64,000 nt of DNA. Source: Candidatus Marinacidobacterales bacterium. GTDB lineage: Bacteria; Acidobacteriota; Vicinamibacteria; Marinacidobacterales; DATDRI01. How positions within the stretch are numbered: the first letter of the stretch is position 1; each line of letters opens with the position of its first letter. The notes under the pieces were generated by a model. That model saw nothing but the letters and a program-made list of their open reading frames with translations. It made no database searches and was not told where the DNA came from. The DNA is taken from the NCBI GenBank assembly GCA_965219415.1, contig CBDCNP010000002.1, positions 704,001-768,000 of the forward strand, given 5' to 3'. Positions 10,805-21,809 of this stretch are shown in pieces. Made by a program: the position numbers and the translations under genes.

Positions 10805-11063
10805 GTACCACGGCCGACTACCCGCGCTGGCCGACCAGCTTGGGCCGCTTGCGTAAACGTGATACTTCTCACATAATTCACTCGGAAAGAATAGTAATGA
10901 TCCCACTATGGAATGACGGGTACGGCGCCCACCTCCGTATCTTCCTGTCATTCCGAGGATTAACTTAGTCAACGGCGTTACGCTTTAAAACGACGAACTC
11001 AATGCCCGCCCGCGGGCGAGCCGGAGCGGCGGTGACGGCCGCTTCTTCGAGGAGTCACTTACG

Positions 11064-12921
11064 ATGACCCGATTCATGCCCGCCCGTCTCGTCATCATTT
11101 CCACCCTCTTCACCTTTCTTTTTTCCGATTTCGTGTCTTCACAGACCCCGGGAGCGGCGACGCAAAACGAGCCTTCCCAGCAAGTACCCGGAATGCCTGT
11201 CATCCATCACGACCCGGTGGAGTGCGTCGTCGAGAACGTGCACCCCCTGTTCCAAGCCTCCGTTCAGGCGCAAGGCGGACTTCACACCGTCAAGATTTAC
11301 TTCCACGCCAAATACCTCAGCGATTTCTATTACGTGGAGATGGCCGACACGGGCGACGGCTGGCAGGCGTCTCTTCCGATTGCGGCGCCGGAAACGAGCG
11401 GGTTCGTGTACTACATCGAGGCGGTGGACCTTTCCTTCAACACGTCTCGTACCGCGGAGTCACGACCAAAGTCACCGACGAGAATGAATGTGATCGAAGA
11501 GACGAGGGGGCGCCCCCAATCACGGTCGGGAGCACTACCCCCGGCGGCGCTGCCGTGCCCGAAGGCTTCCTCGCCACGGGAATCACGAGGCTCATCACCT
11601 CCACCGGCGCCAGTCGGGCGGTGGACGGAGGAATCGGAGTGACCACCGGGATCATCATTGCCGGGGGAGCGGCGGCAGCGGGCGTCGGTATTCTCGCTGG
11701 CGGCGGTAGCGACCCGGAGCCCGAACCGGAATCCCCGCCAACCGTGGACCCACCCACCGGAGGTGGTGGCGGTAGTGGTGGTGGTGGTGGTGGTGGTGGT
11801 GGCGGCGGTCCGACCGACCCCCCACCGGAACCCGAAGGCACGGACCCGGTTGCGTGCTTCGACACCGATCCCAATCCACCGATCGTCAACATCAATGACG
11901 CGGTGAAATTCAACGCCTCTTGTTCGACCGCCGACAAACCTCTTCGCGCGCAAATGGACGACAAAGATCGAAACCTACCACTGGCGCTTCAACGATGGTA
12001 AGGCGGACAAGGAAGGACGGGTTGTCAACCACCTCTACGGTGAGAGCGGGCACGCATCCCACCGAGCTCACCGTTACCGACAGCGCGGGCAACACTGACA
12101 CCACATCGGTCGATGTGGTCGTCCGAAACACCGTGTCGCCACCTTCGGGTGGTGGTGGTGGTGGTGGTGGCTCGAGCGACGCCGACATTCAGGTCAACGT
12201 CAGCCGCCCCACCGGCAGCGTCTCGGCCGGTACTCCTTTTGATTACACGGTACGCGTCCACAACGGGGGGATCCTGGATGCTGTCGACACCAACATGTCG
12301 GCCGACCTCACCGGGACCGGCTCCCCTACTATTACCGGCGCACCTGACTTTGGCGGCTTTACCTCGTGCGCCTTCACCCCCACCAGCGTCGACTGCAGAC
12401 CGACCACGATCTCAGGAGGTAGCACTTTGACCGTGGTCATCACCGTCGTTGCCTCCACGGGCAGTAACGGCTGTGTGGCCTCTGCATCGTCTTCCAGTCC
12501 CGACGACAACCCGGGAAACAACAGCGACAGCGCAGCAGTGCTGGTCACGCAGCGAGCGCCCGACGACTTCCGCGTCTCGATAGACACCGCCTTCACGAGT
12601 CGCCTGGAAGTCCCACCCCCCAACGGGAGTGTTCGCGGCCAGGTGCTATTGAACGGAACTCAGCTCGACCAGACCGACAACAGCGCACCCTTCCGGCATC
12701 ATCTGAAGGGACGAAAGGGCAAAAACATCGTGGAGGCTCGAGTGGTCTCCGGTACCGGCGAAGGCCGTTGGGTTTTCAACTTTTCGGGGGCCCCCAACTT
12801 CGTCCCCGGAAGCCTCGCAGCCGAGTCTGGGCAGGTGATATCGCGGGGATCGGATCGGGTCGTTTTTCGCGTGGGCCCGTCGGCCGAACCGATTAGGTTC
12901 CGCTATCGACTGTCGCGGTAG
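11064..12921 (+). pseudogene. Secreted PKD/DUF11-type Ig-like domain protein with poly-Gly linkers, split over several frames
   Basis: Signal peptide, IHHDPVECV, VKFNASCS, LTVTDSAGNTDT (PKD-like) and YTVRVHNGG...DDNPGNNS (DUF11-like). Frame breaks near 11460 and 11965-12050. Confidence 0.65.
11762..11808 (+). repeat. (GGT)n microsatellite encoding a poly-Gly linker; a second tract lies at about 12148-12171
   Basis: Directly visible GGT runs. Confidence 0.85.
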
Positions 12922-12927
12922 GTTGTA

Positions 12928-14226
12928 CTAGGCGGCCTGATCGGCGAGCACACCGAGAGCCATCTCGTCCGAGACTTCGTTGACGAGAACGCGGACGAAA
13001 ACGTTCCGGAGTGGCCGAGAAGACACGACGCCGACGCGTAGGTAGTTGTCGGTCAGACCGGTCCAAAGTCCGCTATCGTCTTGTTGCTCGAAGAGGACTT
13101 CTACTTCTTGCCCGAGGTAGCGTGATCCGAACTCATGACGCTTGCGGCGTGAGAGCGCCCGCAGTCTCTGGCTTCTCTCTTTGATGACCCGAGGGGGAAG
13201 GTGTCCCTCCAGACGTGCGGCACGGGTACCGTAGCGTTTAGAGTAACTGAAGACGTGAAAGTACGAAAAAGGAAGTTCGGTTAGAAGACGTTCCGTCCGC
13301 TCGAACGAAGCGTCGCTCTCCCCGGGAAAACCGACGATGAGGTCGGTTCCTAGTCCCACGTCGGGAACGGTCTGCACCACCCCTTGAAGGAAACTCCGGT
13401 AGTCGGCGGCGCGGTAGCGACGATTCATTCCCTCCAGAACGGAATCGTCGCCGCTTTGGATCGGGACATGAAAGTAGTGACAGAGTTTTTCGGACTCCGC
13501 CATGTAGTCGACCAGCCGCGGCTCGATCGTCGTCGGCTCGATGGATGTTATTCGGATCCGCCGGAGACCGTCTACAACTTCCAGCCTTTGTATCAGCTCG
13601 AGAAACGACCGACCCTCGGAGCGATAGCGCCCTATGTTCACACCGGTCAAGACGAGCTCGCGATGACCGCGCGACACGAGCTCTAGTGCCTCGCGAACTA
13701 CATCGTCGAGATCGCGACTCCGTTCCCTCCCCCGCGTGAAGGGGATGATGCAGAAGGAGCAGAAGAAGTCGCACCCGTCCTGAACCTTTAAGTTGGCCCG
13801 CGTCGTCGTATACTCTCCGGTACCACCCACTTCGAAATCCGAATCGTCGATGAGCTGCGAATGCAACACCACCGGCTCCGGGAGTTTGCGCGGGTGATCG
13901 ATGAACGCGGGGAACTTCATCTTGTACTCGGTGCCCACGATCATGTCAACGCCCGGGATCTGTCGCAAGGCCTCGAGCCCCACCTGCGCATAACAGCCCG
14001 TGACCACGACGAACGCGTTGGGTGAACGGCGAAGGGCCTGTCGAATGACGTTACGACACCGAGCTTCTCCGTGCTCGGTGACCGAGCACGTGTTGATAAC
14101 CGCAAGATCGCACGGCTCCCCCCACTCCACCATGGAGTAACCCTTACCCTTGAAGTTGCCCGCCAACACGGCGGTCTCCGTCTGGTTGAGTCGGCAGCCT
14201 AGCGTATAGAAAGAAGCTCGATACAA
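12928..14226 (-). CDS. mtaB: tRNA t6A37 methylthiotransferase (radical SAM)
   Basis: TLGCRLNQTE, INTCSVT, VTGCYAQ, KVQDGCDFFCSFCIIP, HVFSYS, GLTDNY. Confidence 0.92.
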   Translation of the reverse strand: MYRASFYTLGCRLNQTETAVLAGNFKGKGYSMVEWGEPCDLAVINTCSVTEHGEARCRNVIRQALRRSPNAFVVVTGCYAQVGLEALRQIPGVDMIVGTEYKMKFPAFIDHPRKLPEPVVLHSQLIDDSDFEVGGTGEYTTTRANLKVQDGCDFFCSFCIIPFTRGRERSRDLDDVVREALELVSRGHRELVLTGVNIGRYRSEGRSFLELIQRLEVVDGLRRIRITSIEPTTIEPRLVDYMAESEKLCHYFHVPIQSGDDSVLEGMNRRYRAADYRSFLQGVVQTVPDVGLGTDLIVGFPGESDASFERTERLLTELPFSYFHVFSYSKRYGTRAARLEGHLPPRVIKERSQRLRALSRRKRHEFGSRYLGQEVEVLFEQQDDSGLWTGLTDNYLRVGVVSSRPLRNVFVRVLVNEVSDEMALGVLADQAA

Positions 14227-14302
14227 GGCAGATGTCCTCTAAACGGCTGAGTATAACACGCGTCCAACACCCGAGCCGCTCACCCTAGCCGATGACCCGA
14301 GC

Positions 14303-14965
14303 CTACCCGATAATGACGAGATGGAGCTCCCGAGGGCCGTGAACTCCCACCGTGTGTACGAGCTCGATGTCGCCGGTGCTGCTCGGCCCGGTGATGAAAG
14401 TAAGCGCACTGGGAAGCGTCCCTTCCACCGCCGTCACCCGCTCGAAGAGCTCGCCCAACTCGAAGCAGATGTTCCGCGAATGCAGCACCGCGATATGTAC
14501 GGGCGGGACGAGAGACACCGCGCGCCCTTCACCGGGCCGGGTCAGGAGAACCAGGGTGCCGGTTTCAGCAATTCCGTAGTCGACCCCGGTCAACCCAGCC
14601 TCCGCAGAAAAGTTCGCACTACGGATGGCTTCGCGAGAACCGCCTTCCCTCAAATCGCAGACCTCGAGCTCGATCCCCGCCTCGAGAAGTGCCCGGTCGA
14701 GGTCCAGCTCCTTCAAGACCGCGGTGCGTGTTCTCACCAGCCGGCGGACTCGGGCGGCGCGCAGCACCCTCACGATCCGATCCCGTGCATCTCGCAAAGA
14801 CGGCGCTCGATGCACCACTCCCTCTACGGCTTCGAGCTCTCGGGCCAACCGATCCGCCAACTCCCGCTCCGAGAGGGGCTCGGAGGATGGCGGGGGACGC
14901 GAGGGAACATCGTTCGCCTTCGCAGGAGGCAAGCGGAGCCGGGCGAGAAAGGATTGCTGATCCAT
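14303..14965 (-). CDS. lutC: Lactate utilization protein C (LUD domain)
   Basis: GIAETGTL, SLVPPVHIA, FITGPSSTGDIE...GVHGP. Confidence 0.88.
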   Translation of the reverse strand: MDQQSFLARLRLPPAKANDVPSRPPPSSEPLSERELADRLARELEAVEGVVHRAPSLRDARDRIVRVLRAARVRRLVRTRTAVLKELDLDRALLEAGIELEVCDLREGGSREAIRSANFSAEAGLTGVDYGIAETGTLVLLTRPGEGRAVSLVPPVHIAVLHSRNICFELGELFERVTAVEGTLPSALTFITGPSSTGDIELVHTVGVHGPRELHLVIIG

Positions 14966-14972
14966 CCGTCTT

Positions 14973-16403
14973 TTAGCCTCGCCTTACCTCGAAACGCTGC
15001 CGGAAGGTCTTCCGCGCCGGCGCCGGAAAGTCCCGAAAACGTGACCAGGCGGAGAGCCCGGGAGGGCGCCGCATCATGCCGTTGCCGACGAAAGGGCGAG
15101 ACAGCCAATACGCGACTCGCGTTGCGAAGCGGTATCGTCGCTCCGAGCTCATCGCGTAGACGAACAGACGTACGAGAAACCTTTCCAGGGGTCGGCCGGG
15201 GACAGAACGGGCAGCCGGCACGGGCCCCTCGCCGGAAACGACCTTATTCCGCTGTTCCAACAGCAAACGAGGGATATCGATACGAACCGGACATACTTCT
15301 CGACAGGCACCGCACAACGAGGAAGCAAACGGAAGCTCGGAAGCTCGACGATGTCCAACGAAAGAAGGCGTGATGATCGCACCGATCGGGCCGGAGTAGA
15401 CCCAGCCGTAGGCGTGGCCGCCGGCGTGGCGATACACCGGGCACACGTTGAGGCAGGCTCCGCACCGTATGCAATAAAGCGATTCCCTCAGTTGAGGATC
15501 GGCCAGCAAACGGGAGCGTCCGTTGTCGAGTACGATGAGATGAAACGCTTCCGGGCCGTCCTCTTCTCCCTCGCGCCTCGGCCCGGTGATGAGCGAAACG
15601 TAGCTCGACATCTTCTGCCCGGTGGCGCTTCTCGCGAGAATTTTCAGAAAGACCGCGAGAGCGGCGAGATCGGGGATGACTTTTTCCATTCCCATCACCG
15701 CAACATGGACGCGGGGAAGAGACGTCGAAAGTCGAGCGTTGCCCTCGTTCTCAACGATGGCAATGCTCCCGGTTTCGGCGACCGCGAAATTTACGCCGGT
15801 GATCCCCATCTCGGCGCAGCGAAATTTTTCGCGGAGATGACGGCGGGCCTCTCGAGCCAGCTCCTCATGACGCGACAGACGAGGTGACCCGAGCTTGTCG
15901 ACGAAGAGCTCCGTCACATCCTCTCGCGATTTGTGGATCGCGGGCGCAAGAATGTGGGAAGGCGCTTCGCGAGCGAGCTGGATGATGTACTCTCCCAAAT
16001 CGGTCTCCACCGGCTCGACGCCAGCGTCTTGCAACGCTTCGTTGAGAGCGATCTCTTCGGTCGTCATGGACTTGCTCTTGACCGCCATGCTGGCGCCATA
16101 CTGGTGGGCGAGCCCCACAATGATCTCCTGCGCCTCTTTCGCGTCCGCGGCCCAATGCACCGTGCCACCGTTTCCGCGAACCGCTTCGGCGAGCTCGGTA
16201 AGATATTGGTCCAAGGCGGCAAGTGTTCTTTCTTTGATATCCCTCGCAAGGTCGCGAAGCACGTCGCCCTCGGGGTACTCGGCGAAGGCCTCGTCCCTGC
16301 TCACCATGATTTGAACGGTCGCTTTCGACAGTGCGTTCTGAAGCTTCTGATTGGAGAGGGCCTCCCGCACGTTCGCCGAGAAGCGATCGCTGCTCAGCTT
16401 CAT
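14973..16403 (-). CDS. lutB: Lactate utilization Fe-S protein B
   Basis: KSKSMTTEEI, ETDLGEYIIQL, CIRCGACLNVCP, SSLCGACREVCPV. The probable ATG at 16403 overlaps the lutA stop. Confidence 0.92.
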   Translation of the reverse strand: MKLSSDRFSANVREALSNQKLQNALSKATVQIMVSRDEAFAEYPEGDVLRDLARDIKERTLAALDQYLTELAEAVRGNGGTVHWAADAKEAQEIIVGLAHQYGASMAVKSKSMTTEEIALNEALQDAGVEPVETDLGEYIIQLAREAPSHILAPAIHKSREDVTELFVDKLGSPRLSRHEELAREARRHLREKFRCAEMGITGVNFAVAETGSIAIVENEGNARLSTSLPRVHVAVMGMEKVIPDLAALAVFLKILARSATGQKMSSYVSLITGPRREGEEDGPEAFHLIVLDNGRSRLLADPQLRESLYCIRCGACLNVCPVYRHAGGHAYGWVYSGPIGAIITPSFVGHRRASELPFASSLCGACREVCPVRIDIPRLLLEQRNKVVSGEGPVPAARSVPGRPLERFLVRLFVYAMSSERRYRFATRVAYWLSRPFVGNGMMRRPPGLSAWSRFRDFPAPARKTFRQRFEVRRG

Positions 16404-17137
16404 GACTCGTCTCCCGCCAATACGCGTGCGATGTGTACCGCCCGCAGTCCACTCCCCCGCCTGCGCAAAGCACCCTCGATGTGCATGAGGCAACCGCAAT
16501 CGGTTGCGGTCAACACGTCGGCGCCTGTCGACTCGAACGCTTCAAGCTTATCGTCCAGCATGGCCTCCGAAAGCTCTGACATCTTCACCGAGAAAGCACC
16601 GCCGAAGCCGCAACAGATATTGGCTCCCGGAAGTTCTACCAAGTCCAAACCGTTCACCCCCTGCAATAGCTGGCGTGGCTGGTCGCAGACGCCGAGCTCG
16701 CGAAGGAGATGACAAGAATCATGGTAAGTAACCCGCTTCGAGACGCCGCGGGTTCCTTCCCTTCCGGAACGAAATCCCTCTTTGGCAAGAAACTCGGTTA
16801 GCTCGTAGACCCGGCTCGCCAGACGACGAGCCCGCTCCTGCCACTCCGGCTCGCCTTCGAAGAGCTCGGGGTAGAAGACGCGCACCATGCTGGTACAAGA
16901 ACCAGAGGGAGCAACGACGGCGGCGTAGGGCTCGAATATCTCGATGAATCGACGAGCCAACCGACGCGTTTCGTCGCGATAGCCCATGTTAAAGGCCGGT
17001 TGACCGCAGCAGGTTTGAGCCCGAGGGAATTCGGGTCGGCACCTTGCCCTTTCGAGACAAGCGACCGAGGCCTCTCCCACCTCGGGAAAAAGCTCGTCGA
17101 CGAGGCAGGTAACGAAGAGAGCGACTTCTTTTGCCAT
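16400..17137 (-). CDS. lutA: Lactate utilization protein A (CCG domains)
   Basis: LFVTCLVD, QTCCGQPAFN, YHDSCH, CCGFGGAF, DCGCLMHI. Confidence 0.92.
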   Translation of the reverse strand: MAKEVALFVTCLVDELFPEVGEASVACLERARCRPEFPRAQTCCGQPAFNMGYRDETRRLARRFIEIFEPYAAVVAPSGSCTSMVRVFYPELFEGEPEWQERARRLASRVYELTEFLAKEGFRSGREGTRGVSKRVTYHDSCHLLRELGVCDQPRQLLQGVNGLDLVELPGANICCGFGGAFSVKMSELSEAMLDDKLEAFESTGADVLTATDCGCLMHIEGALRRRGSGLRAVHIARVLAGDES

Positions 17138-17153
17138 GGCGACGCGGCCCCGC

Positions 17154-17495
17154 TCAGCCGGGCGGCCAACGGAAGCTGCGGCCTGTCAGAAGGTGAAAGT
17201 GCAGGTGATAGACGGTCTGGCCGGCCCAGCTGTTGCAGTTCGCGACCAAGCGATAGCCCTTTTCCGCAACCCCCTCTTCGCGCGCAATGTCGCGTGCCTT
17301 GAGCACTAATCCCCCCACCAGATCCGCATCCTCTTTGCTCAAGTCGTTGATGGTGGGAATGTGCCTCTTCGGAATGACCAAGATGTGAGTCGGGGCCTGA
17401 GGATTGATGTCTCGAAATGCGTAGATGCGCTCGTCCTCGAAGACCGGAGTGCTAGGTCGACGTTTTTCGACGATATCACAAAAAGTGCATCCCAT
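17154..17495 (-). CDS. hinT: Histidine triad nucleotide-binding protein
   Basis: AFRDINPQAPTHILVIPK, GQTVYHLHFHLL, WPPG terminus. Confidence 0.93.
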   Translation of the reverse strand: MGCTFCDIVEKRRPSTPVFEDERIYAFRDINPQAPTHILVIPKRHIPTINDLSKEDADLVGGLVLKARDIAREEGVAEKGYRLVANCNSWAGQTVYHLHFHLLTGRSFRWPPG

Positions 17496-17612
17496 CAGTG
17501 TGTCCGGCGCCTCGAATCTTATGCGCAGGAGGCACTTGCGGTCAACGAAGTAGCCTGGTCGTTCCCGACGTGGCCCTGCGGTCGTCTAGCTGATAAGTTA
17601 GCGCAAATCGAA

Positions 17613-17669
17613 GTCCGCCTCCGCTGAAGCTTCGGCGGACCCGCCGAAGTCCTTGGAACGGAGGTGGAC
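17613..17669. repeat. REP-like palindromic intergenic element, copy 2
   Basis: GTCCGCCTCCG...CTTCGGCGGACCCGCCGAAG...CGGAGGTGGAC nested hairpin, similar to 3491-3563. Confidence 0.5.
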
Positions 17670-17692
17670 GGAGGCGGGGAGGTTCTGATCCT

Positions 17693-18142
17693 ATGAGTGA
17701 GAAAGCGGGGCTTTTGACTCGCGGACATACCAAGCTGACACTGGCCGGAGCGAAAGTCATGTTGGAAGGGGCCGAGGCCATGGCGCGCGAGATGGGGCTC
17801 GCCATGGACATCGCGGTCTGTGACGAAGGAGGCAACCTTCTGGCCTTTCATCGCATGGAGGGGGCAAAGATAACCAGCATCGAGGTCGCCATCGGCAAGG
17901 CTTTCACCTCCGCCGCGACTCGCCTCTCGACCGCTAAGTACGGCGAGGTGGCGGCCCCCGGCAAACCGGCGTTCGGCATTCACGTCAGTAATATCGGCCG
18001 ATTCATGATATTCGGCGGTGGTCTCCCCGTTTCGGTCGACGGCGAGCACGTGGGAGGGATCGGAGCCAGCTCGGGCAGCGTCGACCAAGACGCCGCCGTC
18101 TCGCAGGCAGGGATCGACGCTCTTAACGCCGCCCTTGGGTAG
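17693..18142 (+). CDS. GlcG/HbpS family heme-binding protein
   Basis: IAVCDEGGNLLAFHRMEGA, AIGKAFTS, GGGLPV, GGIGASSG...QD. Confidence 0.88.
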   Translation: MSEKAGLLTRGHTKLTLAGAKVMLEGAEAMAREMGLAMDIAVCDEGGNLLAFHRMEGAKITSIEVAIGKAFTSAATRLSTAKYGEVAAPGKPAFGIHVSNIGRFMIFGGGLPVSVDGEHVGGIGASSGSVDQDAAVSQAGIDALNAALG

Positions 18143-18203
18143 ATAGAGTGAGTCGCCTAGTTCACGCCTTGTGAACGATGGTCCTCTGCGCTACGAATAA
18201 GTA

Positions 18204-19433
18204 ATGCTCGCCGCCTCGCTGGGGATCGTTGTCTTTCTTTGGCAGACCCCATCTGCACCTCCTGACGGGCCGGAGGACGATCCGACCTCGCCCCGAATCG
18301 AAGACAGCGACGACTCCGCCGAACAAGCGTCTCCCCGCTACGGGATCTCCGCCGACTTCGATTGGAGCTTCAGCAACGCCGAGAAGTCTCCGCTGAACTT
18401 GACCTATTACGGCGAGAACATCATGAAGCTCCTGCGAGTCTCGCTGCTCTTCAACTTTCGCGCTTCCGATCGTGTCGGCCTCTACGTAAACATTACGTCG
18501 GAGAACCTCAGCACACCTCATCTTTACGGAGCGTTCGTGCGTTTGGCGCCGCTGACCGAAAACAAGCTTTGGATCCAGGCGGGCAAGATCCCGCAACCCT
18601 TCGGCGCCTTTCCCGAGCGTTGGTACCCGTTCGCCAACCCGCTGATCGGCAATCCGTTCATGTATTCGTATGTCACCTCCCTTCGACCCGACAACATCCC
18701 CGCCGGCCCCGATGACCTGCTGAGTCAAAGAGGAAACGGACTCGCGCCGCAGTTTCAAGGTGGCGGCACCGGCTCGCGGTTTCCCGGTGTTCCGATGATC
18801 GAGATCTTCAAATGGGCCGCGGGCGGAGTCGGCTACGGAAGCCTCGGCCCAGTCGAGTGGTTGGCCGGTGCGACGTCGGGCACTCTCTCGCACCCCGGAG
18901 GGGTGGATGAAGGAGACGGTGCGCAAATCATCGGACGGGCGCACGCTATCGACCTTCCCCCGCCCTCAACGCCGGCGTATCGGTGGCAAGCCGTCGATGG
19001 CTCGACGACGTCGTCGAAGGCAGTTTGGGTGACCAGCCGCTGAGCTCGTTCAAACAGACCGGCATCGGCGGGGACTTCAACTACGCGCGCGGTCATCTAA
19101 TACTGTACGGGGCGGCGGCTTGGTCCCGTTGGGATGTTCCCAACGTCGAGGATCCGGTCGACGCGCTCTCGGCGTTTCTCGAGACCCGCTACCGCTTGAT
19201 CCCCGGTCTATACGTGGCGGGCCGGCTCGATCGGCTGACGTTCAGCGACATTACTTCAAGGAGCGGACAGGGCGAACCGTGGGAAGTTCCCGCTTACCCG
19301 AGTGGAGATCGGTACCGGCTATTCCTGGGAAAGGCACGTCATTTTGAAAGTGGTCGGTCAATTCAATTGGTACGACGAAGCTACGGAGCTCGATGAGAAC
19401 ATCATTGCGTTTCAAGTTGTGGTGCATTTCTAG
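18204..19433 (+). pseudogene. Outer-membrane beta-barrel/porin-like protein, frameshifted
   Basis: Amphipathic beta-strand pattern and IQAGKIPQPFG. The last frame ends ...IIAFQVVVHF* with a terminal Phe (stop 19431-19433). Breaks near 18960 and 19300. Confidence 0.55.
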
Positions 19434-20098
19434 CGCCCTCGCCGGACTCGTCGCCTCCGCGGCAACGACTCCGAGCGGCGCCCAGAGTGTGCGGACGGCG
19501 AGCCTCCGCGGCAGAGTCGAGTTCCGCGGCTTCGTTCGCGCTCCCCAATACAGCAACGATTTCTATTCCTACCGACCACCGTCCGATGCGCCAGGACGGG
19601 AAAGTCCTCTTCGCGCCGTCATCTACTTGGAAGACCGTGACCACCGACTCGAACCGGCGAGCCAGATGCCACCGGCGGCGATCGACCAGAAGGGTGAGGT
19701 GTTCATACCTCATATCCTGGCCGTCCAGTCCGGCACCCGCGTCGACTTCCCGAACAGCGACGTCATTTATCACAACGTGTTCTCCTTCTCGAAAGTCAAG
19801 CGTTTCGATCTCGGACGGTATCCGAAGGGTCAATCTCGCTCGGTGATCCTCGATTGGCGTCGGTCTTGTGCGAGTCTTTTGCGAAATCCATTCGCACATG
19901 AGTGCCTTCGTCATGGTGCTGCCCCATCCGTACTTCGACACCACCGACGCGTCCGGCACCTACCGCATCTCGAAGATTCCACCGGGGCGGTATCATGTGG
20001 TGGTGTGGAATGACCAGTTTCGTTCCGCGCGTAGAGAAGTCGTGCTCGAAAGCGGCGAGGAGGCCGAGCTCGACTTCGTCCTCGAGCAGTCTCGGTAA
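19393..20098 (+). pseudogene. Periplasmic cupredoxin-like/carboxypeptidase-regulatory-like protein, one frameshift near 19860
   Basis: IDQKGEVFIPHILAV, FPNSDVIYHNVFS, FDLGRY, then VFCEIHSHMSA and IPPGRYHVVVW. Confidence 0.75.
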
Positions 20099-20104
20099 GC
20101 GATC

Positions 20105-21757
20105 ATGTCGTTGCGGAACAAACTCTTCGTTTCCTTCGGCACTATTTCCCTGCTCCTTCTCGCCTTCGTTTTCGTCACCGTGGAGCTACGGGTGCGCGAA
20201 CAGGTGTCGGGAGACACGGTGGCCGAATTGCAGCAAACCGATGCCGCCTTCGTCAACATTGGGAATTCCTACGGGAACGGCTCGCGCGACAAGGCGCCAT
20301 TGCCGCCGACGCCCCCAAACTGAAGGCGGTGATCGACACCGGCGATCCCGCGACCATCCAACCCGTCGCCAACGAATTGCGGGAGATGATAGACGCCGAC
20401 CTGTTCGAAGTGCGGAACCAGCGGGGACGTTCGTTAGCGCGGTTCGCTGAGGGCGACAACGATTCTTATTTGGAGGTGAGCTTCCCGATCGTCGTCGGCG
20501 ACAGCGCGCTCGGGAGCCTCGCCGCAGGTTACGGGTTGGACCGGGCTTTCGCGACGCGCATGAAAAGGTTAGTCGGTGCAGAAGTGGCGGTGGTCCTCGA
20601 AAACCGTGTTCTCGCGTCAACGCTCCCCTCATCGCGAGAAGTCGAACTCGCCCGGGGCCTGGCTTCACCGAATAAGGAGGGGGATTTGGCAACTGAACTT
20701 GGACGGTGAGTCCTACCTCGCCATGGCCGTCTTACCTGGGACGGCACCGCGGGCCCAGTTTCTGATCCTCCGTTCGCTGGACGAGAACCTCCGCTTTCTC
20801 GGTGCGGTACGCCGAGACTTGGTCTTGCTCGGAATCCTGACGACCGCGATCGCTCTCCTCGCCAGCTACGTGACGGCGCGAACGCTCACTCGGCCGTTGG
20901 CGGCCATTGTGGAGGGCATGAGAGAAACGGCTCGCTCGGGCGACCTGACGCGTCAGATCCAAATCGAAAGCCGCGATGAAGAGGCGTCTTTGCTTGCCAA
21001 GACGTTCAATCATGTGGCGAGCTCCCTCCTTGCATTCCAGAAGGAGGCCAAGCACAAAGAGCGGCTGACGTCGCTGGGACGTCTTTCCGCCACGCTGGCA
21101 CACGAGATCCGAAACCCCCTCACCATTATTAAGGGCTCGGCCCAGCAGCTTCTCGAAGAAAGCTCCCTCGGTGGGGAGGAGCGCGAAGCCGCGGCCGATA
21201 TTATCCAGGAAGTCGATCGTTTGAATCGTCTGGTGCAGTCGGTTCTAGAATCGGCCCGCCCGGCTTCTTTTAGTCTCGAGGAGGTCGATATCAACGAGCT
21301 CTGCGCCGACTGCCTGAGCGCAGTAGCCGACTCGCCCGAGGTCACGACCAAGGCAAGCTGGGACCCGCGCCTTTTGCGGGCCTCGGTGGATCCGGCCCGC
21401 CTCAAGCAAGTTCTACTAAATGTGCTGCTCAACGCACAGGAGGCGATGTCCGGCGAGGGGACGCTCAGGATTGAGACCCGTCTCGATGACGGCGATTACG
21501 TCATTTCTGTCTCGGACACCGGGAAAGGCATCAGCGAAGAGGACCTTCCGAGCGTTTTCGAGCCCTTTTTCACCCAGAAGCCGAACGGCACCGGCCTCGG
21601 CCTTTCGGTCGCTCGAAATATCGTCGACGGGCTCGGCGGCCGCATCTCGGTCGACAGCACGCTCGGCCAAGGCACCGACGTGGAGCTTCGCCTTCCCTTG
21701 AAGCCGCGCTTGCCGGCCTTCGCACCCAGGGGAACTGGCCCCGGCCTCGACATGTGA
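20105..21757 (+). pseudogene. HAMP sensor histidine kinase, frameshifted near 20270 and 20700
   Basis: TM-HAMP, LAHEIRNPL, QVLLNVLLNA, DTGKGI, FEPFFT, GTGLGL. Confidence 0.85.
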
Positions 21758-21809
21758 GGGCCTATTGACAGCCCACGAGGTCACTGTCTAGAGTGGGGCC
21801 GCTAGAACC

